Shown here: positions 11,914-22,925 of the stretch, in pieces
How the letters are laid out: each line of letters begins with the position of its first letter
Position numbering within the stretch: position 1 is the stretch's first letter
NCBI GenBank assembly: GCA_950097015.1
Contig: CATNEN010000003.1
Span: 4,836,001-4,900,000, forward strand
From: Macrostomum hystrix
Taxonomy: Eukaryota > Animalia > Platyhelminthes
Direction: 5' to 3'
DNA length: 64,000 nucleotides
Position numbers and translations under genes: made by a program
Notes under the pieces: model-generated
The model's database searches: none
Told to the model about the DNA's origin: nothing
Seen by the model: only the letters and a program-made list of their open reading frames with translations

Positions 11914-14307
11914 ATGTCCTCAGCTGGGCGAAGACATCGCTTAGCGACAGGCTGGACGCTATTAATGATGCTGACGCTGTCGTTGCTGCTTCTGCCGGTG
12001 GCGACAATGTCGGAGACTGCAGTGGCTGCCAGGCAGGAGCAGTCCCGCTGCAGTGGACGCGGAACAGGCAGTTCAGCATCCTCTGGCATTTCCTGTTCGA
12101 AGATCATCATGCAGAGCATGATTAACTTTCGAGCGGTGTGCGCATCGAACGGTCTCAACGACGTGCCGTCGGACATTCACAGCGGAGTCAACATGCTGGA
12201 GTTCCGTCTGGAAAAAAACTGCATAAAAAATCTGCACGAGAATTCGTTCACCAATTATCGAAATTTAGTTTATCTTACTGTGGAGCGAAATATCATTGAG
12301 GACATTGCCGAGGGCACATTTAAACCCTTGATTCAACTGGAGCGTCTCGATATATCCAACAATGTACTGCGCATCAAGAGCAACGCCTTTCTGAGACCGC
12401 TGACCAGGCTTAAAGAGCTACGCATGGGCAATACCCACGTTTTGCTCGAGGATGGCTTCTTTAGAGCTCAAAAAGAGACACTTGAGATCTTGGACCTTCA
12501 GGGCACCGTGGACCTCGTCATCAAGGAGGGCGCGTTCAGCGGGCTGAACAGGCTAAAAGAACTCGACCTACGGAATTGCAACCTGAAAACTTTGCCAAAC
12601 ACCGGCCTGATGCAGAAGGACCTCAGCGCAATGTCGCTACAGAATCTCAGCATGGGCGGCAACAAGTGGGAATGCGACTGCCACCTGCGCTGGCTAATGG
12701 AGTGGTACAAATCCAAGATCAACGAGGTCTCCAAGAACATCTTCTCCGGCACCGTCACCTGCGCAGGACCGCCGGAAGATCGAAACAATCGCTACCGCGG
12801 CATGGTCGGGGTGCGCCTATTTGAAAAGGACACCCAATCGACAATGTTCCAGTGCCAGCCGCAGGTGTTTGCCACAGGTACAAAAACTGAGCACAAAGTT
12901 CCACAGGGCAGCAATGTCACAATGAGCTGCCAGTTCTTCAGCGATCCTAAAGGCGACACCGTCTGGCTATTCGGCGAGAACTCGCCAACAACCAGGATCA
13001 CGTATCAGCAAGGCTATTATCCGTGGCAGTCGAAGGAAAGTGTGCACTTTGAGGCCACACTGACCATCACCAGCGTACAGGAGAAGGATCAAGGCGTGTA
13101 CATGTGCTCGGTGAACAATGAGCGCGGCATGGCCAGCCTAACTCACCGGCTCATTGTTGACACAACAAAATCTGCCATGCTAAACAGACGCTTAGTTACC
13201 GTAGTTAGCATAGGCGCCGTCATTGTCATCACCTGCGCTCTGATGATTGGCGGGGTGTTCTTTTATCACTACACACGAAACAGCCCGCGACACGCCAACA
13301 GCGGCGGCGCGGCAGCCGTGGGCATCGCTGGCGGAGGCGGCGCCGGCAGGAAGGCACCACCGTCCCATGGCCAGCAGGCCAGCTACAGTCAACTGCAGAA
13401 TCGGAGCGGGGGAGGCGGCGGCGGGCGCGCTGGCATCGGCGGTGGCGGTAGCGTCGGTGTTGTCGGGTCTGCGACGGTCGGCGAGAACGGATACTCGACC
13501 GGAGCGACGACCATCGATGGCAAGAAAAGGATCCAGTATCAGCAGCAGCAGCATCCGCTCATCATGGACCCCCAGCAGCAGCAGCAGGACCTGTCGTTTG
13601 ATCCGCCTGGCTACATGACAATCCGGTCGCCCATTAACAGACCTGCAGTCTGCGCTGCTGGCACTCTGCCGCACCAGCATCAGCACGGACCTGGTAGCGA
13701 GTGTCCAGTGCACGGATCTCGTCAGTTCGTTGGCGCGTCTTGCCCGGTGCACGGCCAGGAAGTTTCCCGGTCTGGCACTCCGCAGCAACAGCATCAGCAC
13801 CAGCATCAGCACAGCACGCTGCCTGGAGCTAAACCGTGTCCGCTGCACGGAGATCTGTACGCTACCATCGCCAAGACGTCTTCGACGGCGAATCCTTCTG
13901 GAAATCCGCCGCTGCCCCCGCCGCCTGTTGATCCAGCGCTGCTGCGTCAGCGAATGCAGCCGCAGCCACCACTACAGCCACAGCATCAGCATCAGCATCA
14001 GCTGGCAACATCATCCGGTTCCATTGGTAGTGCGCCCGGAGGAACTTACGTTCGGGCGTCAAAAGTGGACGACTGTATACCGGAGGGTTCTGTGGTCCAA
14101 CCTGTGGCAGCGGTCTCCATGGCGTCAGTTGATTTGCCGCCACCTCCGCCGTTGCCGCCACCACCGCTGCAGCAGCAGCAGCAGCAGCAAGCTCCGTTGC
14201 AACCGATGTTAATTGCGCAACAAGCGGCGGCGGTGGCAATGGCACAGCGTGGCGGACAGCACAAACCGAACGCGCAAGACGACGAAGGCTACAGCACTGC
14301 TGTCTAA
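11914..14307 (+). CDS. Kekkon-like LRR + Ig (LIG family) single-pass transmembrane protein, intronless CDS (~797 aa)
   Basis: Signal peptide (TLLMMLTLSLLLLPVA); LRRs; LRRCT GNKWECDCHLRWL...CAGP; Ig domain (VTMSC...W...DQGVYMC); TM helix VVSIGAVIVITCALMIGGVFFY; C-terminus DDEGYSTAV resembles the Kekkon DEGY motif plus a class I PDZ-binding tail. First ATG is at 11914 (the ORF track starts at an upstream TTG). Confidence 0.88.
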   Translation: MSSAGRRHRLATGWTLLMMLTLSLLLLPVATMSETAVAARQEQSRCSGRGTGSSASSGISCSKIIMQSMINFRAVCASNGLNDVPSDIHSGVNMLEFRLEKNCIKNLHENSFTNYRNLVYLTVERNIIEDIAEGTFKPLIQLERLDISNNVLRIKSNAFLRPLTRLKELRMGNTHVLLEDGFFRAQKETLEILDLQGTVDLVIKEGAFSGLNRLKELDLRNCNLKTLPNTGLMQKDLSAMSLQNLSMGGNKWECDCHLRWLMEWYKSKINEVSKNIFSGTVTCAGPPEDRNNRYRGMVGVRLFEKDTQSTMFQCQPQVFATGTKTEHKVPQGSNVTMSCQFFSDPKGDTVWLFGENSPTTRITYQQGYYPWQSKESVHFEATLTITSVQEKDQGVYMCSVNNERGMASLTHRLIVDTTKSAMLNRRLVTVVSIGAVIVITCALMIGGVFFYHYTRNSPRHANSGGAAAVGIAGGGGAGRKAPPSHGQQASYSQLQNRSGGGGGGRAGIGGGGSVGVVGSATVGENGYSTGATTIDGKKRIQYQQQQHPLIMDPQQQQQDLSFDPPGYMTIRSPINRPAVCAAGTLPHQHQHGPGSECPVHGSRQFVGASCPVHGQEVSRSGTPQQQHQHQHQHSTLPGAKPCPLHGDLYATIAKTSSTANPSGNPPLPPPPVDPALLRQRMQPQPPLQPQHQHQHQLATSSGSIGSAPGGTYVRASKVDDCIPEGSVVQPVAAVSMASVDLPPPPPLPPPPLQQQQQQQAPLQPMLIAQQAAAVAMAQRGGQHKPNAQDDEGYSTAV

Positions 14308-14498
14308 CTGTGAGCCTGCCTCACCCCTAGCCCCGACACCAAGCCTCATAGCTGCTTATTATACACTATTTTTGTCGCGATCGTCTCTTTTACATACGCC
14401 CTCAGAGCCAATACTGTCTGAATTGCTGTATTACGCAGCACTCTACGTTAAGATGTACTGGTTTAAAATTGGTCGTCGAAGTTTACTTGGTCACGTGG

Positions 14499-14742
14499 TT
14501 GCTATTTTTAGAAACTTAATAGTGCAACCTAGCCAAGGGACTTAATTATTAGCTGATGCTATTTTTAGAAACTTAATAGTGCAACCTAGCCAAGGGACTT
14601 AATTATTAGCTGATGCTATTTTTAGAAACTTAATAGTGCAACCTAGCCAAGGGACTTAATTATTAGCTGATGCTATTTTTAGAAACTTAATAGTGCAACC
14701 TAGCCAAGAGACTTAATTATTAGCTGATGCTATTTTTAGAAA
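14499..14742. repeat. 57-bp tandem repeat (~4.3 copies), each copy with CTATTTTTAG
   Basis: Unit TGCTATTTTTAGAAACTTAATAGTGCAACCTAGCCAAGGGACTTAATTATTAGCTGA; motif at 14502, 14559, 14616, 14673, 14730. Confidence 0.95.
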
Positions 14743-15543
14743 TTCTATAGGGGTTCGTTTACCTTAGGGTGCCACTGCGAAACCATTGCTATTTTAATAT
14801 TTTTTTACACTTAACCTTGACGCCCCAAGCACGTCACGTGCTGCACGTGACTATACCAAGCCAATTAAATTCATAGGTTTATTCAATTCAGTTTCAGATA
14901 AAATAGTATCTTCGGAACCCTAGAAAATACAGTTTTTTTATAATTAGTTATTTACGTGTTAGCCACTTTATTCTCTGCGGATTCGCTCCAAATCTCAAAT
15001 GGTTGTTGTCAAGTCTGAAAAACTTCTTAATTCTCGTCCTTTCGTCCAAATTTAAGCTTGATCGAACTTATTGTAAACAATTATCATGCTTTACAATCGA
15101 TCAGAAAATGCTCAGAAAAGGCTAGAAGTACTTTTTCACTGTTAAAATAAAACATTTTCGACTTCGCTTCTCTATCGCAAAATGAAAAAAATCCACAACT
15201 TTTTAGTTATTTTAATAGGTTGTATATGTTCTTTATAGTAGAGATAGTAAAAATATTGTGTTGACATCAATTCATTTTCGAAATAGAATTTCATCAAAGT
15301 GTTAAATCATGCTCAAATGCTTGTCAAATCACTATCGCAATTTAGTCTAAACCCATAATAACAAAATTATCTATTGTGTTTTAGTTTTTTTTAATATTCT
15401 CCTAATTTTGTTAAACTTTAATAACCTAGCTTACTGATCAGTTTTTGGGGGTCATTAGTGGCCTCAGGTGCAAATAATCAAGCTACAAATTGGACAAACT
15501 TAAGCGGTAAATTAAGGACCTTAACTTCCGTAGGCCCTCACCA

Positions 15544-15990
15544 CTGAAGATCATTATTTCTCCCCTGAAGATCACCCTCTCTCCCCTGAAATCCCCTCTC
15601 TCTCCCCTGAAGATCTTCCCCTCTCTCCCCTGAAGATCCTCTCTCTCCCCTGAAGATCACGCTCTATCCCCTGAAGATCACCCTCTCTCCCCTGAAGATC
15701 CTCTCTCTCCCCTGAAGATCCCCTCTCTCTCCCCTGAAGATCTTCCCCTCTCTCTCCCCTTAAGATCCTCTCTCTCTCCCCTGAAGATCCCCTCTCTCTC
15801 CCCTGAAGATCACCCTCTCTCCCCTGAAGATCACCCTCTCTCCCCTGAAGATCCCCTCTCTCTCCCCTGAAGATCACCCTCTCTCCCCTGAAGATCACCC
15901 TCTCTCCCCTGAAGATCTTCCCCTCTCTGCCCTGAAGATCTTCCCCTCTCTCTCTCTCTTGAAGATCTCCCTCTCTCCCCTGAAGGTCCT
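15544..15990. repeat. Variable ~21-bp minisatellite CCCTGAAGATC(ACC)CTCTCTC
   Basis: Tandem unit; reverse-complement relative of the array at 17735-19130. Confidence 0.9.
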
Positions 15991-16489
15991 CCTCCGCTGA
16001 CGATCTTCTTAGACACCAATATAAAAGATTCGGAAAGCTTTGATTGAAAAACTGCATGCTAGTCATTTCTCTATCCGACAATATTAATTAAACATGTTTA
16101 GAAAGGCTTCAATTTGTAAATGGTGTAAATGTTCTCTTTTATGCTTGGAATATGTTTTTTATACTGTAAGCAAGCAATTAATCAATGAAATCTTTGATAT
16201 GATAGCAGCGCCTGAATCTGATTACCACAACCGGCAACCTCCGAATTTTTTCTTCTTTTTTATCAATTCTGTTTTGTTTTGGTCCCTCATTCCTTCTGTA
16301 ATTTTTCTGCAACAGACTTTTTTAATGAATCTAAGAATGCCGCAATAAATATAAGTAGAGACTTGTCGATTAACTTCAGTTTCAATTTCCTATCAATGTT
16401 GCTTGCTTTATCTGTCAATTTACAACTACAAACGCCATACTCTCATAAAAAAAGCTATTACATTAGAAAAACGTTATCATGCCTAACAC

Positions 16490-16770
16490 CCTCTCTCCTA
16501 TATCCCCTCTCATTTCTCCTCTCCTCTCTCCTCTCTCCTGTCTCCTCTCTCCTGTCTCCTCTCTCCTGTCTCCTCTCTCCTGTATCCCGTCTCCTATCCC
16601 CTGTCTCCTGTCTCCTCTCTTCTGTCTCCTCTCCCCCCTCTCCCCTCTCCCCTCTCCTCTCTCCTGTCTCCTCTCTTCTGTCTCCTCTCCCCCCTCTCCC
16701 CTCTCCCCTCTCCTCTCTCCTGTCTCCTCTCTTCTGTCTCCTGTCTCATCTCTCTTCCGTCGTCTCTCTG
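16490..16770. repeat. CT-rich low-complexity repeat (CTCCTCT/CTCCTGT)n
   Basis: Read directly. Confidence 0.85.
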
Positions 16771-16847
16771 TCTTGTCTCTTGCATTTTTCTCTAGCATCA
16801 AGGTCCAGGCCAGAGCTAGATTCGTGTATTTTAGAGCCAAGCTTTAA

Positions 16848-17012
16848 GACACAGTAAAAGTGAGACTGCCTGACTGTGAGAAAGTCAGGGCAGATGTACA
16901 CACCTGTGTGAGAGTGTGCTCAGGAGTTAGCGGAATGGGCAGAATGGCCTCCTGGCTGACTGTGGGTCTGGTGTCACCAAATTATTTACCATTGCCCACT
17001 GCCATCCTAAAA
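16848..17012 (+). mobile_element. SINE family B, diverged 3' fragment
   Basis: Shares GAGAAAGTCAGGGCAGATGTACACACCTGTGTGAG...GTGCTCAGGAG...GTGTCACCAA with the full copy at 36742. Confidence 0.8.
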
Positions 17013-17734
17013 TAATTATCATCATTTTTATTAAGTCTCATTTTCTGTCTAGCGAAATTATTTCTTCTTTCATTCATATTCACAGTAATTCTTAGATTAT
17101 TACTTGCATATTTCTGGCAGAGCTAAGCACAGTTTGTTTGGCCATAAAAGCTAATGACAATAATCATGCTTTAGATTTAATTCTGTATCCATTATAAGCT
17201 CATGAATAGATTTAGTAGGTCTCGAGAAAAGTAATAAAATCATTTCGCAAATCATCTGATTTATACATTTTTCATCGTTTTTTTATATTAGGCCGTCATC
17301 GCCTGGTTAAAGCGACTCATTCAAAATTATTGTGAATAATGCATCGTTAAATCACAAAGGGAATATATTATCTCATGTGATCATCATGTGGTATTCTCCT
17401 GTCTCATCTCTCCTCTCTTATCTCTCCTCTCTTATCTCTCCTCTCCCCTGACTTTCTCCTGTCTCCTCCCTTCTCACTCCTCTCTATTCTCTGCTGTCCC
17501 CTTTACTATGTCGTCTTTTTACAACCCTTTTTTTTCTGATCGATTCTCTCCTTCTCTCTCCCACAGTTAGAGAGGAGATGGGGGAGGGGAGAGAGGAGAG
17601 GAGAGGGGAGAAAGGAGAGGGGAGAGAGGAGAGGGGAGAGAGGAGATGGGGGAGAGGAGAGAGGGGAGAAGGGAAGTGAAGTGAAGAGAAGAGGGGAGTC
17701 TTAAGGGAAGAGAGGACGAGCTTCAGGGGTGGGA

Positions 17735-19130
17735 GGTGGATCTTCAGGAGAGAGAGGAGGATCTACAGGAGAGAGAGAGGAGGATCTACAGGAGAGAGAG
17801 GAGGATCTACAGGAGAGAGAGAGGAGGATCTACAGAAGAGAGAGAGGAGGATCTACAGGAGAGAGAGAGGAGGATCTACAGGAGAGAGAGAGGAGGATCT
17901 TCAGGAGAGAGAGGAGGATCTACAGGAGAGAGAGGAGGATCTACAGGAGAGAGAGAGGAGGATCTTCAGGAGAGAGAGAGGAGGATCTACAGGAGAGAGA
18001 GAGGAGGATCTTCAGGAGAGAGAGAGGAGGATCTACAGGAGAGAGAGAAGAGGATCTTCAGGAGAGAGAGAGGAGGATCTACAGGAGAGAGAGAGGAGGA
18101 TCTACAGGAGAGAGAGAGGAGGATCTTCAGGAGAGAGAGAGGAGGATCTACAGGAGAGAGAGAGGAGGATCTTCAGGAGAGAGAGAGGAGGATCTACAGG
18201 AGAGAGAGAGGAGGATCTTCAGGAGAGAGAGAGGAGGATCTTCAGGAGAGAGAGAGGAGGATCTTCAGGAGAGAGAGAGGAGGATCTACAGGAGAGAGAG
18301 AGGAGGATCTTCAGGAGAGAGAGAGGAGGATCTTCAGGAGAGAGAGAGGAGGATCTACAGGAGAGAGAGAGGAGGATCTTCAGGAGAGAGAGAGGAGGAT
18401 CTTCAGGAGAGAGAGAGGAGGATCTTCAGGAGAGAGAGAGGAGGATCTACAGGAGAGAGAGAGGAGGATCTTCAGGAGAGAGAGAGGAGGATCTACAGGA
18501 GAGAGAAGAGGATCTTCAGGAGAGAGAGAGGAGGATCTTCAGGAGAGAGAGAGGAGGATCTACAGGAGAGAGAGAAGAGGATCTTCAGGAGAGAGAGAGG
18601 AGGATCTACAGGAGAGAGAGAGGAGGATCTACAGGAGAGAGAGAGGAGGATCTACAGGAGAGAGAGAGGAGGATCTTCAGGAGAGAGAGAGGAGGATCTA
18701 CAGGAGAGAGAGAAGAGGATCTACAGGAGAGAGAGAAGAGGATCTTCAGGAGAGAGAGGAGGATCTTCAGGAGAGAGAGGAGGATCTTCAGGAGAGAGAG
18801 GAGGATCTTCAGGAGAGAGAGGAGGATCTACAGGAGAGAGAGAAGAGGATCTTCAGGAGAGAGAGGAGGATCTACAGGAGAGAGAGAGGAGGATCTTCAG
18901 GAGAGAGAGGAGGATCTTCAGGAGAGAGAAGAGGATCTTCAGGAGAGAGAAGAGGATCTTCAGAGGAGAGAAGAGGATCTTCAGAGGAGAGAAGAGGATC
19001 TTCAGAGGAGAGAGAGGATGATCTTCAGGAGAGAGAAGAGGATCTTCAGGAGAGAGAAGAGGATCTTCAGAGGAGAGAGAGGATGATCTTCAGGGGAGGG
19101 AGGATCTCCAGGGCAGAACTTTCAGGGGAG
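17735..19130. repeat. 21-23-bp minisatellite GGAGGATCT(T/A)CAGGAGAGAGA(GA)
   Basis: Tandem unit; produces the 430-aa and 505-aa repeat ORFs. Confidence 0.95.
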
Positions 19131-20259
19131 AGAATTTATTTGAATGGATTCAGTTTTAAGCTGAATTCTGCAAATCCGGTGATTCGCCGAGACTTTGAAA
19201 CAGTGTATTGGAATCCAACATTGCAGCGAGATACAGTTTCGAAATCTGAATAAAATTGCTAAATGAAGACAATTGATATCTGTCTTTGCTTGACTCATGA
19301 AAAACGAAATAAAATTCGCTTCTTTGCCTAGAAGATTGTGTTGCATCTCTTTTAGCAGTATTTGTATCCAATGCCAGACCCCATGGATTTCGCGTTTTTT
19401 AATGGCTCTCTAAAAGAATGGAAGGTTTTTTGTCTAAAATAACAACTGTTAATCAAAATCCGTTAGAAAACAAAAATCAAAAGGGTACTCAACGGGTAAA
19501 GTGTTTCAATGCGAAAAAATTCAACTGAATTTTTGAGGAAAATATTTTTGCTTGGATCGGCACTAGAAATACTCTAGCTAGATGGCATCATTATGTCCAT
19601 TGTTAAAAGCCTTATAGTACTCGTAATAACTAATTAGCACTTGGGAGCTAAGTGCTTTGCTTCTGTCTACCTCTGTGGCTTGTCCGCGGACAGTATCTCA
19701 GTTGATAAATGATAAGCTAGATTGGTTTCCAACTTAGGCTGGGTTTCTCTTCTCCTAAATCAAAGCAAATTAGTGATAAAGGAAGGCCAAAGTTCTTATT
19801 TCCCACCCGAGTCCTTGATTAGAGTGGAAATCTACCTGCCTTCCACTCTTTTTAAGTGGACGATCGAATGGCGAATTACTTAAAGCCAATCTAGGCTTTT
19901 AAATATATAGAAGAGCTTTAAGTTTTTAGCGACCAGAGCTCGTCTCACCTGGAGTAGGACTCAAAGATTTGTATTTTATTTCTCAAGAGACAGAAAAAAA
20001 TACGCGAACTCGGATCTCATTAAGGATCCGATGTGAAATAGCAGAGAAAGATTTTGCGCCTCGGGGCAGAAGAATCTTTGAGTTCTCCGATCTTAAAAAA
20101 CTTTTGCCACCCAATACTAGAACTGTACTAGAAATTAGGAACTCGAGTCACGTCTTCATCTGTGCGAGGCTGCTAAACGATTTTCTGTATTCAGATAGCG
20201 GCGTGCTAGACTACGATTCTCAAAATTTAGTGCTTTTCGGTAATATATTATCACTCACT

Positions 20260-20554
20260 AATAATAAGAATAATAGTAATCATTAATATTATAATTGCAG
20301 GAGGGTTGCAGGCAATCGAACATCATTTGGTGACGCCTGACTCCTGAGCACACACGCACACACTCACACAGGTGTGTACATCTGCCCTGACTTTCTCATC
20401 GTCAGGCAGTGTACACTCTTACTATGCCTTGGATGTTGACCCTAAAGTGCATAAATTGCACGACAAGCCACCAAGCCTTCTCTCTGTGGCTGCGCCCCAA
20501 ATAAATGTGGCCTCGCCGCGGAATCGTGCTCAGGAACCTTGCCGCTCACCCCCC
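20260..20554 (-). mobile_element. SINE family B, near full length with internal deletions
   Basis: Reverse complement matches 36742-37085 (GATTCCGCGGCGAGGCCACATT, GAGAAGGCTTGG, GAGAAAGTCAGGGCAGATGTACACACC); AT-rich tail. Confidence 0.85.
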
Positions 20555-20859
20555 AAAATGCCTCCTTAGTTTGGCTTCTAATTTGTTAAAGCAACTACGA
20601 GCAACTCGTTAAAGCAACTCGTATTCTTCCTTACTTTCAGTCTGTTTTCATTTCGACGAAAAAAATTAAAGAATTCTAATTTCTTCACTACCGAAGAAAA
20701 ACCGGATAGACTTTGTAATTAATTCTTTCTCTTAAAAATCCCCGGGCTAATTTTGGAAGCAATATACCATTTAAAAAATAGCATGGAAGTACGTCCTAAA
20801 AGCTTCTTAAATAGTTTTAGCCAAGACAAAGAAGCTGAGAAAAAGTATTCAATCGTTAG

Positions 20860-22300
20860 TCAATCGAGCAGCAACAAGGTGTGCCATTGTTGAAAGCAGA
20901 CTTCCAGGCACAGACCAGGTGCACCTGGACACTCTGGGCAGCAGTAAATCGCGCGTTTGCTGCTTCCAGCTCGGTAGCAGACGCGGCACCGTTTCGTAGG
21001 TCTCGGTTGACTCTCGCGAGCCATGATTTTTGTTGGAAAGTGCGGGCCGACTCGGCCGAATGTCTGGCCTGCCAGAGCCACAGCTGCCGGTCGGTTTCTA
21101 CTCCCTCTAGTGCGCTGAACCATCTCGCGAATGCTGGCCTCCGGAAACTTGGAGAAAACATTTTGCCTGCCACACCGACCGTACACAATCCAAGCATTTC
21201 GAACCATTTGCAGAAACAGGTGCAGACCAAGCTTTAAAAACCACTTCGTGGTTTTCCTCCCTGCTTGATGTGGCTGCATGTGACCATCAATTCGGTCGAC
21301 ACCACCCATGCATCGATTGTAGGTCAATACAGATCTGCACTTCTGCACAATGATTTCTCCTCCACCACGGATGATGCGTCTGACTTGCACTCTTTAAGCC
21401 GCCTCCTTCGTATCCAGTAGGTAGAGTCTTCAGGCCGCTCTCTTTTCTCTCTAATATTTTAGCTACAAGCACGGTGCCGTTCGGCGGCACATTCGACTGC
21501 CTGAGTTCAATAGGCACACCACGATCGGACCGGATAGTGCAGGTCAGATGAGTTCCTCGAGTCAGTAGTCACAGCTCAACGACAATCTTCTCACTGAAAG
21601 ACAGGTGGTTGTCTTGCAAATCTTCTTGTGGAACCTGCGATTCTCCTCCGGGGTGGAGTGGACGCGAAAGTTGTAAAGGTACCCCGTCTCGGCTTCACAG
21701 ACGCAGTACAGCTTGATGCCGTACTTGGCACGCTTCGTTGGGATGTACTGCTTGAAGCGCAGGCGCCCTTTGTACAGCACAAGTGACTCGTCGATGCTCA
21801 CATCCTCCTCGGGCCTGTAGACATTAATGCACAGCGGTGTCAATGTGTGCAGCAAAGGGCGAATCTTAAACAACGAATCGCCAGGAGCCGGATCCTCGGT
21901 GCAATCGTAAAAGCGAAGCAGACCGAGCAGCTGCTTGAATCGATCCCTGCATGACAGAGCGCTTCAGGAATTTGAAAGAATGGTGTTGCATAGTAGCTGT
22001 CCATACACCAGTACATGGTTTATCTCGGCCTTTTTATTGCTGCCGATTTAGAGGTACATCCCAATTAACTTCTTCACTTCATTCGCGCTACAATCGGTCC
22101 ATTTTCGAAAACTAACAGCTAGGTCGTCAGCAGGCGTTGCATTGATTACGGCCCAGGCTCTTCGATTAGTCTATTTAGCTAAGTCTTCAAACAAAGAGTC
22201 GGGTAGATAGAGACCAAGAAAAAAAAGAAGTGGACTGCTCAACATCAACGGGAACTTCAATTCCAGGATTAAGTCCTGGTGTGCCGAGAAACTCAGTTTA
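20860..22300 (-). pseudogene. piggyBac (DDE_Tnp_1_7) transposase, decayed
   Basis: Fragments: RKWTDCSANEVKKLIG; RDRFKQLLGLLRFYD; FKIRPLL...SIDESLVLYKGRLRFKQYIPTKRAKYGIKLY; YNRCMGGVDRID; C-terminal Cys-rich CRVC...CCPECPGAPGLCLEVCFQQWH. Contains in-frame stops and frameshifts; TTAA/TIR ends not identified. Confidence 0.9.
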
Positions 22301-22759
22301 ACTTTCGCAAACGTCAATCCCAGCGATAGCAGAACGTCATGGCATCTCCATGTCATCATCTGACGTCAATAGGTCGTCCATTCGCTTGATTTCTTTGCGA
22401 TGTTACAAAAGTTTCGCTGTCTAATAAATGGTGGCTGAAGTTAGCTTGTTTATAGCTAGATACTCTATGGTCAAGACCCTAAGGATTTTACAGCGACATA
22501 CATGACGTCTTTATGTACATTCGCTAGTACCACAACAGAAGCCCTAGATTTTCCAGTTGTCTCTTAATGATTTTTGTTCATTCCGAAATTTTAGCAGACT
22601 GGAATGTCTTATGCTTCCTGCAAAAGCAAGAGTTGTCTATGGTAAGCACTGCTTAACGTATATATTGGATATAGAGGTTAAGGGTTGGATATTCAATGGT
22701 TAAGCCCATATAACGTTTGCCGCGATGTTTGGAAAATCACACATTTTTTCTATCCTCAC

Positions 22760-22925
22760 CACGAAGCACGTGACCTTATTATTTATCTCACTGTCTCACT
22801 GGGCTGAGGCGGAGTGAACCAATTTGTTGCTATTTTTAGACGACCTTGCGAAAAACACGTCACTTATTTCACGTTATCACTTTTTTTTCCAGCACGAGCA
22901 CGTGACTGACCTCAGCCAATGAAAT
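22760..22925. promoter_or_regulatory. Promoter/enhancer-like motif cluster
   Basis: GCACGTGAC twice (~22767, ~22898), GAGGCGGAG, CCAAT twice (~22819, ~22916), CTATTTTTAG at 22830. Confidence 0.3.

Noticed and set aside
12498-14545. Alternative-frame and antisense ORFs over the LRR-Ig, SLC26 and PH exons
   Set aside because: Shadow ORFs of GC- and CAG-rich coding sequence.
17729-19253. Long ORFs over the arrays (430 and 505 aa here; also 9819-10739, 23744-24827, 25585-26238, 47879-48829, 49330-51329)
   Set aside because: They are periodic translations of stop-free repeat units, often open in several frames or strands, with no domain content.
20380-20415. Hammerhead-like CTGACGA...GAAA in SINE B, and CTGATGA in the 58745 unit
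   Set aside because: In SINE B there is no room for stem II and no stem III or NUH site; it folds as a simple hairpin. The array unit lacks GAAA.
19480-22685. Candidate piggyBac termini (GTACTCAACGGGTAAA at ~19485, GAGGTTAA at ~22675)
   Set aside because: They do not form a matching inverted pair with a TTAA duplication.
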